Of a stretch of 64,000 nt of DNA, positions 23,958 through 34,630 are shown piece after piece. A program made the translations under genes and the position numbers. Under the pieces are notes generated by a model. The model saw only the letters and a program-made list of their open reading frames with translations, was not told where the DNA came from and did not search any database. The DNA comes from an uncultured delta proteobacterium (lineage in GTDB: Bacteria; Desulfobacterota; Desulfuromonadia; Desulfuromonadales; JACZKF01): contig CAWFKQ010000002.1 in the NCBI GenBank assembly GCA_963816395.1, forward strand, positions 1 through 64,000. Direction: 5' to 3'. Positions within the stretch are counted from its first letter, which is position 1; each line of letters opens with the position of its first letter.

Positions 23958-25608
23958 ATGTCAGAGGCCATGCTGAATACGTCTGAGAGGCTGCGGAAAA
24001 CGTCGGGCGATCTCGATTACTGGGAGGTCGAGAACGAGAAATTCTGGGAGACCGAAGGGAAGCAGATCGCCAACCGCAACCTGTGGATCTCCATCCCCAG
24101 CCTGCTCTGCGGCTTCGCCGTCTGGCTCTACTGGAGCATCATCACCGTGCAGATGCTCAACCTGGGCTTCCCCTTCAGCCAGTCGGAGCTGTTCACCCTG
24201 TCGGCGATCGCCGGCCTGTCCGGGGCGACCCTGCGCATTCCCAGCTCCTTTCTCATCCGCATCGCCGGCGGGCGCAACACCATCTTCTTCACCACCGCCC
24301 TGCTGATGATCCCGGCGGTCGGCACCGGCTTCGCTCTGCAGAACCCTGCCACCCCGATCTGGGTCTACTACCTGCTGGCGCTGCTTTCGGGGATCGGCGG
24401 CGGCAATTTCGCCTCCTCCATGTCCAACATCAGCTTCTTCTTCCCCAAGCGGGTGCAGGGCACTTCCCTCGGCCTGAACGCCGGCCTGGGGAACTTCGGC
24501 GTCACCACCATGCAGATTCTGATTCCCCTGGTGATGACCATGGGCATCTTCGGCGGCGAGCCCAATGACCCTGGTCAACACCAGCGGCACCCTGATCGGC
24601 AAGATCCCGGCCGGGACCGAAACCTACATCCACAATGCCGGCTACGTCTGGCTGCTTCTGCTGGTTCCCCTGGCCTTCGCCGGCTGGTTCGGCATGAACA
24701 ACATCACCACCGAGACGGTCTCCCCGGACATCGGCTCCACGGGCCGTTCCTTCGTGAAGATCACCGGCCTGCTGCTGATCGCCTTTGTGCACCGCCGCGG
24801 CCGGTCTCTACCTGCTGCTGCCGAAGCCGGTCGGGCTCGGCCTGCTGAGCAAGTGGATCGTCCTGCCGCTGGTCATCGCCGCCACCGTCTACGGCATGAA
24901 ATACCTGACCTCGCGGCAGCCTGCGGGCCAACCTCGACCGGCAGTACAAGATCTTCGGCAACAAGCACACCTGGGCGATGACCGTCATCTATACCATGAC
25001 CTTCGGCTCCTTCATCGGCTACTCGGCCGCCTTCGCCCTGTCGATCAAGTGCATCTTCGGCTTCTGCCACATCGCGGTCGATGGCGCCATGACCCACACC
25101 ACCGCCAATCCCGGACGGCCCGAGCGCCCTGATGTTCGCCTGGATGGGGCCGTTCATCGGCGCCCTGATCCGGCCGGTCGGCGGCAAGATCGCCGACAAG
25201 CTGGGGGGCGCCATCGTCACCCAGTGGGTCTCCATCGTCATGATCGCCTCGGCCCTCGGCTGCGCGTACTTCATGAAGGCCGCCTACGCCTCGGCGACCC
25301 CGGAGCAGTATTTCACTCCCTTCCTGATCCTGTTCATCGTCCTCTTCGCCGCCACCGGGGTCGGCAACGGCTCGACCTTCCGCTCCATCGCCATCATCTT
25401 CGACAAGGAGCAGGCCGGGCCGGTGCTCGGCTGGACCTCGGCGGTCGCCGCCTACGGCGCCTTCATCATCCCGCAGGTGTTCGGCGAGCAGATCAAGGCG
25501 ACCACGCCGGAGTACGCCCTCTACGGTTTCGCCGTCTTCTACTTCCTCTGCCTGGTGCTCAACTGGTGGTTCTATACGCGCAAGAATGCCTACATCCAGA
25601 ATCCCTAA
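23958..25608 (+). CDS. narK: NarK family nitrate/nitrite MFS transporter 2 (several frameshifts)
   Basis: IANRNLWISIP, GGGNFASSMSNISFFFPK, YTMTFGSFIG, GVGNGSTF. Confidence 0.88.
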
Positions 25609-25700
25609 GGAGCGACGAGAAAGTTCAAGGTTGACGGGGCGGACATGGCCGCTACCCGGCAATATTCCATGGGTAGCACGCCAGATATCGCGATTACAGC

Positions 25701-25830
25701 TCGGCCAATAAGGGTCCCTTGTCTTATCCGTAGTCGTTGCCCGAGTTATCCATGCCGCTCGACCGATCGAGCCGAAAACTCAGCGCAAAGGGAGTGCCTC
25801 CCCGGCAGGGGCGTCGCTTTCTTTCGGTTC
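25701..25830 (-). ncRNA. Candidate two-loop structured RNA, IS110 bridge RNA-like (orphan)
   Basis: Hand folding: two stem / internal loop / hairpin modules with G-U pairs on minus strand; no transposase nearby; family assignment unverified. Confidence 0.4.
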
Positions 25831-25861
25831 CTTTCGTTTCGGCAGTTAAAAAGAAAGGAAT

Positions 25862-26054
25862 GCGGGGTGCCGGGGTGCAAACGCCCGCGAACCTTAGCCG
25901 GGTGATAGGGGCTTGTCAGCCCCGATCTGTGCTTCTGCCGGGTCCGACAACCGGCGGTGAGCTTTCATCCCGATGGTGGCAGTGTCCCCATCCTCCAACA
26001 CTGATGTGCGGGGGATGCCGGAGAAGGCATCCTCCGCTTGTCTGTTGCCGGCCA
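25862..26054 (+). ncRNA. Candidate structured RNA / IS110-like non-coding end (orphan)
   Basis: At least five hairpins with G-U pairs on plus strand; two parallel TGT-GC-stem-GC-TT modules; family assignment unverified. Confidence 0.4.
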
Positions 26055-26105
26055 TTCCAGTAGAATAGCGCGGGTTTGATTTTGCCCTTACAGGAGTCTG
26101 TCCCG

Positions 26106-26764
26106 ATGAACGCGAGTAGCAAACAGGAGCGGCGCAGTTTGTGGAGGATTTTTCTGAATCACCTGAAAAACAAGCTGGGAGCCGGTCTCCTGGTGGTGAT
26201 CCCGCTGGGGATCACCCTTTTCATTCTTCGCTTCCTGTTCAACCTGGCCGATGGTGTTCTTGCCCCCTACATCAAGCGGGTCGCGGCTTTTTTCTTCGGG
26301 GAGGGTCATTATATCCCCGGCCTGGGGATGATCACCGGCCTCCTCGTCCTCTATTCGCCGGCATTCTGGCTACCAATGTCCTCGGCAAGCGCCTGGTGAC
26401 TTACTGGGATACGCTGTTGACCCGCATCCCTCTGGTCAAATCGATCTACACTTCGGCCAAGCAGTTCATGGAGGTTTTTTCCCGGAAGGGGCGCTCGAGC
26501 TTCCGGCGGGCGGTCTACGTCGACTTTCCCAAGGAAGGCTCCTATTCTCTGGCCTTCATCACCAACGACGTCATGACCACTTCCGGCAAACGCTACCATA
26601 CCTGCTTTATCCCCACCTCGCCCAATCCAACCTCAGGGTACGTGTTGATCCTGCATGAGAGCCAGGTTTATCCCGCCGCCTTCAGTGTCGAGGAGGCGAT
26701 GAAAATCATCATGTCCGGCGGGATGGTCGCCCCGGAATTCATCCGCGCGGAAAAGCTCCAGTAA
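26106..26764 (+). CDS. DUF502 family membrane protein (frameshift near 26355)
   Basis: AGLLVVIPLGIT, RIPLVKSIY, FIPTSPNPTSG, EEAMKIIMSGG. Confidence 0.85.
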
Positions 26765-26798
26765 ATGAGGTTTCCCCCGATGGCAGAGTCGCCGGAGC

Positions 26799-26833
26799 GA
26801 ATCCACAAAGGACTGTGGATACCTTGTGGAAAA
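26799..26833. promoter_or_regulatory. Cluster of three DnaA-box-like 9-mers
   Basis: GAATCCACA, TGTGGATAC, TGTGGAAAA versus consensus TTWTNCACA. Confidence 0.5.
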
Positions 26834-27109
26834 TCTGCCCCTGACTTTTCAAGTCGATGAAGAGTCCAGCGAAATTGGCATTCTGCCTAAAAAAGCGCCA
26901 ATTTTCCAGGCTCTTCCGGATTAAAATCGCCGGTTCCCAACTTCGAGACTCTGGTAAAATCACCAACTGCTTGGATTTCCGACAACTTCCGGGAAACCAT
27001 AAATTTGCATCTTGTAAAAATTCAAAAATTGTTTTAAAAACGCCAGGATAAATTTGTTCAGCTTGCCCCGCTCTTTACCCCTGATAAAAAGCAGAGGAGG
27101 GTTCCTGCT

Positions 27110-28774
27110 ATGTCCGATGCCCTGCATTTCACTGTCGGCGGTCTGCTGGAAGACACCGCCCGGCGCTTTCCTGACCGCGATGCCCTGGTCTATCCCGACC
27201 GCGGCCTGCGCTACAGCTATCGGCAATTCGATGCCCTTTGCGAACGGATAGCCAAGGGCCTGCTCGCCCTCGGCATCGGCAAGGGGGATAATGTCTCCAT
27301 CTGGGCCACCAATGTCCCCGAATGGCTGGTGCTGCAGTTCGCCACCGCCAAGATTGGCGCCGTCCTGGTGACGGTGAATACCAGTTACAAGAGTGCCGAA
27401 CTGGAATACATCCTGCGCCAGTCCGATTCGAGCACCCTTTTTCTGGTCCAGGGGTTCCGCGATACCGATTACGTGGAGACGGTCTACACCGTAGCGCCGG
27501 AGCTGCGCACGGCGAAACCCGGCGACCTGAACTGCACGTCCCTTCCTTGCCTGAAGCGGGTGGTCTTCATCGGCGGCGAGGCGCCGGCGGGGATGCTCGC
27601 CTTCTCCTCCCTGGAGGAACTGGGCAAGAGCGTTCCCGACTCGTCGCTGGCGCAGGTCAAGGCCACCCTGGCCGAGGATGAAGTGATCAACATGCAGTAC
27701 ACCTCCGGCACCACGGGCTTCCCCAAGGGGGTGATGCTGACCCATCACAACATTGTCAACAACGGCTATAACATCGGCGAGTGCATGCGCTTCACCGAGC
27801 AGGACCGCCTGTGCATCCCGGTTCCCTTCTTCCACTGTTTCGGCTGTGTTCTCGGGGTTCTCGCCTGCGTCACCCACGGCGCCGCCATGGTGCCGGTGGA
27901 GACCTTCAACCCGGAAGCAGTGCTCAAGACCGTCGAGGCGGAAAAGTGCACCGCGGTGCATGGGGTTCCCACCATGTTCATCGCCGAACTGGAGCACCCG
28001 GCCTTCCACAAGTACGACCTCTCCAGCCTGCGCACCGGCATCATGGCCGGCTCGCCGTGTCCGATCGAGGTGATGAAGCGGGTCATCAGCGACATGCACG
28101 CCGCCGAGATCACCATCGCCTACGGCCAGACCGAATCCTCGCCGGTGATCACCCAGACCCGCACCAACGACCCGATCGAGCTGCGGGTGGCCACGGTCGG
28201 CCGGGCCCTGCCGAATGTTGAGGTGAAGATCGTGGATATCGAGACCGGGGCGGCCCTCCCCCCCGGCAAGCAGGGGGAGTTGTGCACCCGCGGTTACCAT
28301 GTGATGAAGGGATACTACAAACAGCCCGAGGAGACGGCCAAGGTGCTCGACGGCGATGGCTGGCTGCATACCGGCGATCTGGCGGTGATGGATGAAAACG
28401 GCTACTGCAAGATTACCGGTCGCATCAAGAACATGATCATCCGCGGCGGCGAAAACATTTATCCGCGGGAAATCGAGGAATTCCTCTATACCCACCCGAA
28501 GATATCGGACGTGCAGGTCTATGGTGTCCCCGACCGCAAATACGGCGAGCAGGTGATGGCCGCGGTGAAGATCAAACCGGGGGTGACCTGCACCGAAGAG
28601 GAGATTCGCGAGTTCTGCCGCGGCCGCATCGCCAATTACAAGGTTCCCCACTATGTCAAGTTCGTCACCGAGTACCCGATGACCGCCAGCGGCAAGATCC
28701 AGAAATTCAAGCTGCGCGAGCTGGCGATCCAGGAACTCGGGCTGGAAGAGGCGGCTAATATGAAAATGGCGTGA
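27110..28774 (+). CDS. AMP-binding acyl-CoA synthetase
   Basis: [35 protein letters not shown]. Confidence 0.95.
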   Translation: MSDALHFTVGGLLEDTARRFPDRDALVYPDRGLRYSYRQFDALCERIAKGLLALGIGKGDNVSIWATNVPEWLVLQFATAKIGAVLVTVNTSYKSAELEYILRQSDSSTLFLVQGFRDTDYVETVYTVAPELRTAKPGDLNCTSLPCLKRVVFIGGEAPAGMLAFSSLEELGKSVPDSSLAQVKATLAEDEVINMQYTSGTTGFPKGVMLTHHNIVNNGYNIGECMRFTEQDRLCIPVPFFHCFGCVLGVLACVTHGAAMVPVETFNPEAVLKTVEAEKCTAVHGVPTMFIAELEHPAFHKYDLSSLRTGIMAGSPCPIEVMKRVISDMHAAEITIAYGQTESSPVITQTRTNDPIELRVATVGRALPNVEVKIVDIETGAALPPGKQGELCTRGYHVMKGYYKQPEETAKVLDGDGWLHTGDLAVMDENGYCKITGRIKNMIIRGGENIYPREIEEFLYTHPKISDVQVYGVPDRKYGEQVMAAVKIKPGVTCTEEEIREFCRGRIANYKVPHYVKFVTEYPMTASGKIQKFKLRELAIQELGLEEAANMKMA

Positions 28775-28787
28775 AAATCTCAACTGC

Positions 28788-28880
28788 GTGAGGAGTAATG
28801 TGTAATGTGTGAAATGTAAAATTCGAATCACCCGGCACACCCCGAGCATTACACATCACATATTACTTATCACTCGTTAC
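28788..28880. repeat. Intergenic 7-mer periodic inverted repeat
   Basis: GTAATGT GTAATGT GTGAAAT arm versus ATTACAC ATCACAT ATTACTT ATCACTC arm. Confidence 0.6.
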
Positions 28881-28898
28881 GTCTTTCAGGAGCTCAAC

Positions 28899-30089
28899 AT
28901 GCGCATTACCCCCACCACTGAACTGACCGTTCGCTATCAGAAGCTCCAGGCCCTGATGCAGGCGGATGGTCTCGACGCTGTTCTGATGCTGCAGAACGCC
29001 GATCTTTTTTATTTCACCGGTACCGTCCAGCAGGGAGTCCTGTACGTTCCTGCAGCCGGGCAGCCGATCTACATGGTGCGCAAGGAGTACGCCCGGGCGC
29101 GCATGGAATGCGGGCTTAAGGAAATCGTCCCGTTCAAGAGCCCGAAGGACATTCCCGCCGTCCTTGCCGAGTACGGCTATTCCCTGCCGAAGGTCGCGGG
29201 GATGGAGTTGGACGTGCTGCCGGTCGCGCTCTTCCAGCGCTTTGCCAAGGTGCTGGAAGGGGCGCGCCTCGTCGATGCCACACCTCTCATCCGCACGGTG
29301 CGGGCGGTCAAGTCGAAGTACGAGATCGAGATCATGAAAGATGCCGCCCTGCAGGTCGACCGGGTCTACCAGCGGGCAAAGGAGATCATCCGCGAGGGAA
29401 TGACCGACCTGGAACTGACCGCCGAACTGGAGTTCACGGCCCGCAAGATGGGGCACCAGGGGATCTCCCGCATGCGCGGCTTCAATTCCGAGCTCTTCTA
29501 CGGCCAGATATTCTCCGGTGCCGACAGTGCTGCTCCTGCCTTTCTCGACTCGCCCCTCGGCGGCATTGGCGTCAATACTTCCATCGGCCAGGGGGCGAGC
29601 TTCAAGCAGATCCGCCAGGGCGAGCCGATCATCGTCGATTTTGCCGGCGCCTTCGACGGCTACCTGGTTGACCAGACCCGCGTCCTGTGCATCGGCGGTC
29701 TTCCCGACCGGTTGCGCAAAGCCTATGACGACATGCTGGCAATCGAGTACAGGCTGAAGGAGATCGCCCGCCCGGGAGTCGTCTGGGGAGAGATCTACGA
29801 GGCCTGCTACCAGCTGGCGGTGGAGATGGGTTATCAGGATCACTTCATGGGCAGCAAGGGAGCGCAGGTCTCCTTCATCGGCCACGGCCTTGGCGTCGAG
29901 ATCGACGAATACCCCTTCATCGCCCGCGGTTTCCGGGATCAGGTGCTGCAGGAGTACATGACCTTCGCCTTCGAACCGAAGGCCGTTTTCCCTGGCCTGG
30001 GTGCGGTGGGCATCGAAAACACCTTCTGGGTCGAGCAGGATGGTCTCAGGCACCTGACCTTCTCGCCGGAGGAATTGGTAATCCTCTAA
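28899..30089 (+). CDS. M24 family (Xaa-Pro) metallopeptidase
   Basis: RAVKSKYEI, DGYLVDQTR, GHGLGVEIDEYP, FEPK, GIENTF. Confidence 0.92.
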   Translation: MRITPTTELTVRYQKLQALMQADGLDAVLMLQNADLFYFTGTVQQGVLYVPAAGQPIYMVRKEYARARMECGLKEIVPFKSPKDIPAVLAEYGYSLPKVAGMELDVLPVALFQRFAKVLEGARLVDATPLIRTVRAVKSKYEIEIMKDAALQVDRVYQRAKEIIREGMTDLELTAELEFTARKMGHQGISRMRGFNSELFYGQIFSGADSAAPAFLDSPLGGIGVNTSIGQGASFKQIRQGEPIIVDFAGAFDGYLVDQTRVLCIGGLPDRLRKAYDDMLAIEYRLKEIARPGVVWGEIYEACYQLAVEMGYQDHFMGSKGAQVSFIGHGLGVEIDEYPFIARGFRDQVLQEYMTFAFEPKAVFPGLGAVGIENTFWVEQDGLRHLTFSPEELVIL

Positions 30090-30115
30090 CGTTTTTTCAG
30101 CGGATATAACAGACA

Positions 30116-30143
30116 AAAAGCCGGGAGTCGCCTCCCGGCTTCT
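30116..30143. terminator. Bidirectional terminator
   Basis: AAGCCGGGAG/CTCCCGGCTT between convergent genes. Confidence 0.75.
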
Positions 30144-30167
30144 AGTTAGGTGGCCCTGCGATTCAGA

Positions 30168-30777
30168 TCATTGTCCGGATTGGCTGCTTCCGGATTTTTC
30201 CTGCTGTTCCTGCCCCCATTTTTCCTGACCCTGCTGCACTCCCCTTTCCTGCTGCTGTTGTCTTTTCACCAAACTGCGGCGACACGCCCATGAATTCCTG
30301 GGTGTTGAGATCGAGGGATTGCAGGGTCTGCTGGTTCAGCTTGCCGGAGGAAGCGATCCCCTGCGATTGCTGGAACTGCTGCAGCGCCTGGCGGGTATTG
30401 GGGCCCATGATCCCGTCCACTTGCCCAGGGTCGAAGCCCTTGTCTTTGAGGGACTGCTGAATTTGCTTGATCTGGTCGGAATTCAGTTGCTGAGCGGCCA
30501 CATTCTGTCCCACCTGCTGCCCCTGCTGACCAACTTGCTGCTGATTCTGCTGCGTCCCCTGGACTCCGGATTGCCCTGATTGCAGCTGCTGCTCCTCACG
30601 CATTATCTTTTTCTGAGCGGCCTCGGGTTGTGCCGGAACCTGTCCGAAGGTGCTTGGTTGCTGCTGTTCCTGGACGCCGGTTTGCGACTGCCCGGAAGTT
30701 TGCTGGTTCGCCAATGCCTGGCCGATAAACAGGCTCATGGTAAAGGCCGTGGCGATGGTCAAAACGAGATATCTCAT
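30168..30777 (-). CDS. Secreted Gln-rich peptidoglycan-binding domain protein (frameshift near C-terminus)
   Basis: Signal peptide MRYLVL..QALA; IQQSLKDKGFDPGQVDGIMGPNTRQALQQFQ (PG_binding_1-like). Confidence 0.85.
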
Positions 30778-31142
30778 GGTGCTTTCTCCTCTGTTCGCGC
30801 TGTTAGGTTTGCAGGCCACCTTCTGCACCCATAATGGGCACCAGATGCAATCACCATTTGGCACCATCTGTTTAGCTGTCGGTCCGCCGGGTGACCCATG
30901 CAATTTGAGCATAGCAGGTTTCAGCGGAGTGGAAAGTGGGGTGGTGGGGCGGCCGTTTCATCTATCCTGCTAGATGCTCCATGCCGGGGTGATTTTCAGC
31001 CTTGCGAGGCGGAAAGGGGCTGGTAAGGTTGAGCTTGACCGGAAATCGTCTGATTCGGGCTCTCGAACCGAAGGAAGGCTCGAGGCAGTAAAGACTCGAG
31101 GGCGAGGAGAAAAACCCGAGGCCTATCGTGGGCAGTGGGGCA

Positions 31143-32572
31143 ATGGGCAATCCCTTGTTTTCCAAACTGTTGTTTCTTGCCCTGGGCGGAGGGGTAGCCG
31201 GCCTGGGGCTTCTACCCTGGCGCCGCCATTTTCTCACCAGATACCGTTGCTGGCCGAACCCGAGCTGGGCGGCGGTCGGTTGGGCTGGTCTGTTGTGGTC
31301 CCTCTTCCTCCTCAACGGACTGTTGGTCAGTATCCTGCTCATCATCTGCACTGACGATCGCAACACCGCCACCGCCTACGCCCGAAACTTTCTGCTGCGC
31401 ACTCCCGGGGACCGATTCCTGGCTCCCCATGACCAGAGCAATCGAGCATCTTCGCGCGTCGCCGGAAATCCCCCTCTATTCGAAACTTTTTTTTGCCGAC
31501 CACACCAAATTCCAGTATCCGATCAGCAGCCTGATTTTTCCCGACCTGCTTCAACGCGCCACCGGCGCCTCCTGGGAGAGGTTATCCCGGGTGCTGAATA
31601 TGCTATCGTGGTGGGGCGTGCCTCTGACCGGCGCCGTCTCCTGGGGTCTGCTCCGCGACAGCCAGAAGCTCGCGGCCGCGAAAAGGTCCGGTCCCGGGAT
31701 ACGGCACCGCCGGCATTCCCGCCCTCATCCCCAGCCTCTTCATCGCCCTGACCTTTTATCCCCTGATATTCCCGCTCTTATCTGCTCGGCCAGATCCAGA
31801 CCTCTTTGACTTTGCTGGCCGCCCTGGCACTTTGGCTGTGGCAGCGGAAGCGAAAAAAAACGGCCGGCTTTCTTCTCGGACTATGCTGCGCCGTCAAACC
31901 CCAATGGGCGGCCGTCGTCCTGTGGGGAGCACTGCGCCGGGAGTGGGGGATGACCAAGGCCGCCCTCCTTACTCTTGCCGTAATTACTCTCACTGCCGGC
32001 GGGCTGTACGGGTTTTACCACTACCTCGATTATCTGCCGGTCCTCTCTTTTCTCTCCCGTCATGGGGAAAGCTTCTTTCCCAATCAGTCTGTCAATGGGC
32101 TGATGCATCGCTTTTTCTTTAATGGGAACAATCTTCAATGGGTCAGCGATCAATTCCCTCCTTTCAATCCGATAGTCTATGCCTGCAGCCTAATCGCGGG
32201 GGCGATCATCCTCGGCCCGGCGCTGTTCTGGCAGAGAAAAAACGCAGGACCCCCTCGATCTGGCACTGCATACTCATGCTGAGCCTGACCATGGCCTCGC
32301 CGATCGCCTGGGAACACCATTATGGCATTCTGCTCCCGATCTTTGCTCTGTTCGCTCCGCTCTGCCTGGCGCAACGACCGTTCGGCAGATGTTCCGGCTG
32401 GTATCTGCTCTCCGCCTTCTTTCTCACCAGCCAGCGACTCGATCTGACCAACCGCCTGGCGGATACCCACCTCAACATCCTGCAAAGCTACCTCTTTTTC
32501 GGCGCATTGCTGATGCTTGGCATGCTCTACCGGCAAACTCGTCCCGTTTCCCCGGAGATCGGGGAGGTTTAG
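31143..32572 (+). CDS. GT87/DUF2029-like integral membrane glycosyltransferase (several frameshifts)
   Basis: KFQYP, GQIQT, VKPQ, PNQSVNG, SPIAWEHHY and many TM helices. Confidence 0.72.
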
Positions 32573-32598
32573 GGGCAATGCAGGCCGAACCGGCAACA

Positions 32599-32624
32599 AA
32601 AAGCCGGGGAAAATCCCCGGCCTT
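32599..32624. terminator. Bidirectional terminator
   Basis: GCCGGGGA/TCCCCGGC between convergent genes. Confidence 0.7.
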
Positions 32625-32682
32625 GAGAAAGGGTGGCCTTTTCACTATCCGGTGTTCAAAGATCAAGATGCTCGGGCAGGCC

Positions 32683-33590
32683 TCAGTAATTGCTTTTCTG
32701 CTGCCCCTGATTCTGGTTCTGCTGTTTCTTCTGGTTCTGCTGGTTCTGCTGGTTCTGCTGGTTCTGCTGACCGCCGAATTGCGGGGAAACTCCTGTGAAT
32801 TCCTGGGTCTTGATATTCAGGGCATTGAAGGTCTGCTGGTCAGGTCTGCCGGTGGCGGCAAACCCCTGGCTCTGCTGGAAGTCGCGGACCGCCTCTCGGG
32901 TTTTCGGTCCCAGAATCCCGTCCACCGGACCCAGATTGTAGCCCCGGTTCTTCAGGCTCTTCTGGAGCGCCCGGATGTCTGCGGAACTCAACTGCTGGGA
33001 TTGATTCTGCTGATTCTGCTGCTGCCCGGAGCTGCTCATACCTTGGTTTTGCCCGCCAAACGCCGGGGAGACGCCCACGAATTCATACTTCTGAATGTTC
33101 AGAGCCCCCAGGTCTGCTGGTTAGGTCTGCCGAGACGGCCAGTCCTGGCTCAGGTGGATCGCCTGCCGTACGGTCGGACGTCGTCGAGGGCCCGTCAGAT
33201 CTCCTTCAGTTTTGGATCGGCGACCGAGACGGCCAACCCCTGGCTTTGCTGGAAATGCTGGATCGCCTGCCGGGTATTCGGTCCCATATGCCATCGATAG
33301 GGCCGGGGTTGAAGCCTCGATCCTTCAGGTTCTGCTGGATCAGGCGAACCTTTTCGGAACTGAGCTGCTGCGCCGCAACCTGCTGCTGTGGCTGGATAGA
33401 GCGCTGCCCCAGCTGGGACTTCTGACTGCCTGGGGTTTCCTGTTTCTGGCGCAGTTCCGGCCTGGTGGTGTTGGAGTACCCATAGCCGGAACGCCGGGAC
33501 CTGGCTGGGGACTGCTGGCCCTTGTGCCAGGGCCTGGCCGCCCAAGCCGGCGATAAAGGTGAAAATCGTCGTCAAAACGAAATATCTCAT
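32683..33590 (-). CDS. Secreted Gln-rich multi-repeat peptidoglycan-binding protein (disrupted)
   Basis: Signal MRYFVL..QALA; repeats LQKSLKNRGYNLGPVDGILGPKTREAVRDFQ and EFxGVSPxFG; QQN tail. Confidence 0.78.
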
Positions 33591-33830
33591 CTGATTTCTC
33601 CTTTTCTTGTTTCGGGCCACTCCTTGCTTTTCAATTCAAAAATGACCAGTTTCTCAAATACTTGCATTGTTTTAGCAACATCTTTGTTTGAGGATAACAG
33701 ATTTCAACGAACTTGAAAGTCGATGGCCGGAGGTCCTTCAGCCGGTGTCCTTTTATTCCTCCGTGGCGGATGCGGCGACCATTTGCATCGTTATACTTTC
33801 GGCAAATATACCCATCGCCAGGAGAGCACT

Positions 33831-34481
33831 ATGGCAAAGATCATCCATCTGCGAGGGGGAACTGCCCGGCCGGCCCCGGCTGAAGAAGAGCTCCGCTTGG
33901 CCGGCAGCATCTTTCGCCTCCGTCTGCACGGTGGCGAACCACAGGACCTCGGAGTCGCCGCCCGGGTACTCGGCCGCGCTTTCGTCCTGGAAGGCTTTTA
34001 TACCGGATTTGAAGAGCAGGAGGCGACCATCTACCTGCGGGTGGGCCGGGAAATCATCACCGAAATCGGCTGCGACCGGCCGCCGGGATTGATGCTGGTT
34101 ATCGATTCCCGCCGGTTGACCGCCGATACCCTGCTGGAGAGCGATGAACAGACGGTGTTACTGGTATGCGGGGAGGATCCGGAAGTTTTAAAGGACCGGC
34201 TCGGCTTTGGCGGAACGGTCCTGGCCCTGCCCTTGGCCGCTACCGATCCGCCGCCCCGCGGGCTCTGCCTCGCTGCGGTCGGGGGGGCTGCCCGGCTGGT
34301 CGGGGTCGTGCGCTGGACGGCTCTGGAGAGGGCAATCCGGGAAGAACTTGCGGCTTTGGACAGCGCCGAGGTCAACCGGGGGCTGGCAATGGCCCTGGAG
34401 TCTTTCGACCGCCTGAAGCCGTGGGCCGGGAAGGTGAGGATGGTCGACGAGGAGGTGGAGATCGGCCTGGAGACCGACTAG
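33831..34481 (+). CDS. Degenerate 2-oxoacid:ferredoxin oxidoreductase gamma-subunit-like protein
   Basis: FRLRLHG..AARVLGRAFVLEGF, GGAARLVGVV..LERAIREEL; canonical GRGGQG replaced by GGEPQD. Confidence 0.55.
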   Translation: MAKIIHLRGGTARPAPAEEELRLAGSIFRLRLHGGEPQDLGVAARVLGRAFVLEGFYTGFEEQEATIYLRVGREIITEIGCDRPPGLMLVIDSRRLTADTLLESDEQTVLLVCGEDPEVLKDRLGFGGTVLALPLAATDPPPRGLCLAAVGGAARLVGVVRWTALERAIREELAALDSAEVNRGLAMALESFDRLKPWAGKVRMVDEEVEIGLETD

Positions 34482-34630
34482 GCAGAGGAAGCAAGGCCCC
34501 CCTCAGCCGAAAGTCGAGGGAGCATGGGCAGTGAAATCCTTGCCGTCCCGTGGGGCCGGCTATTGGCCGCTGGCCGGCAATCTCACTACGGCCCTTGGCC
34601 TGCAGCGGGCAGGGGAGTAGAATGTTCACC

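Noticed and set aside
25639..25758. Alternative plus-strand fold with pseudoknot (CGATTAC/GTAGTCG, AGCTCGG/CCGAGTT) suggesting tmRNA or a riboswitch
   Set aside because: No tmRNA ends or tag peptide and no recognisable riboswitch consensus; kept only as a competing fold to the minus-strand model.
25862..25900. TPP- or FMN-riboswitch-like words (GGGGTGC, CCCGCGAACC)
   Set aside because: Core motifs such as CTGAGA are missing and the downstream gene is unrelated.
33130..33235. 94-bp insert flanked by 12-bp direct repeat CCGAGACGGCCA, like a mobile element with target duplication
   Set aside because: The insert is a garbled copy of the adjacent PG-binding repeat; likely a poorly resolved tandem repeat.
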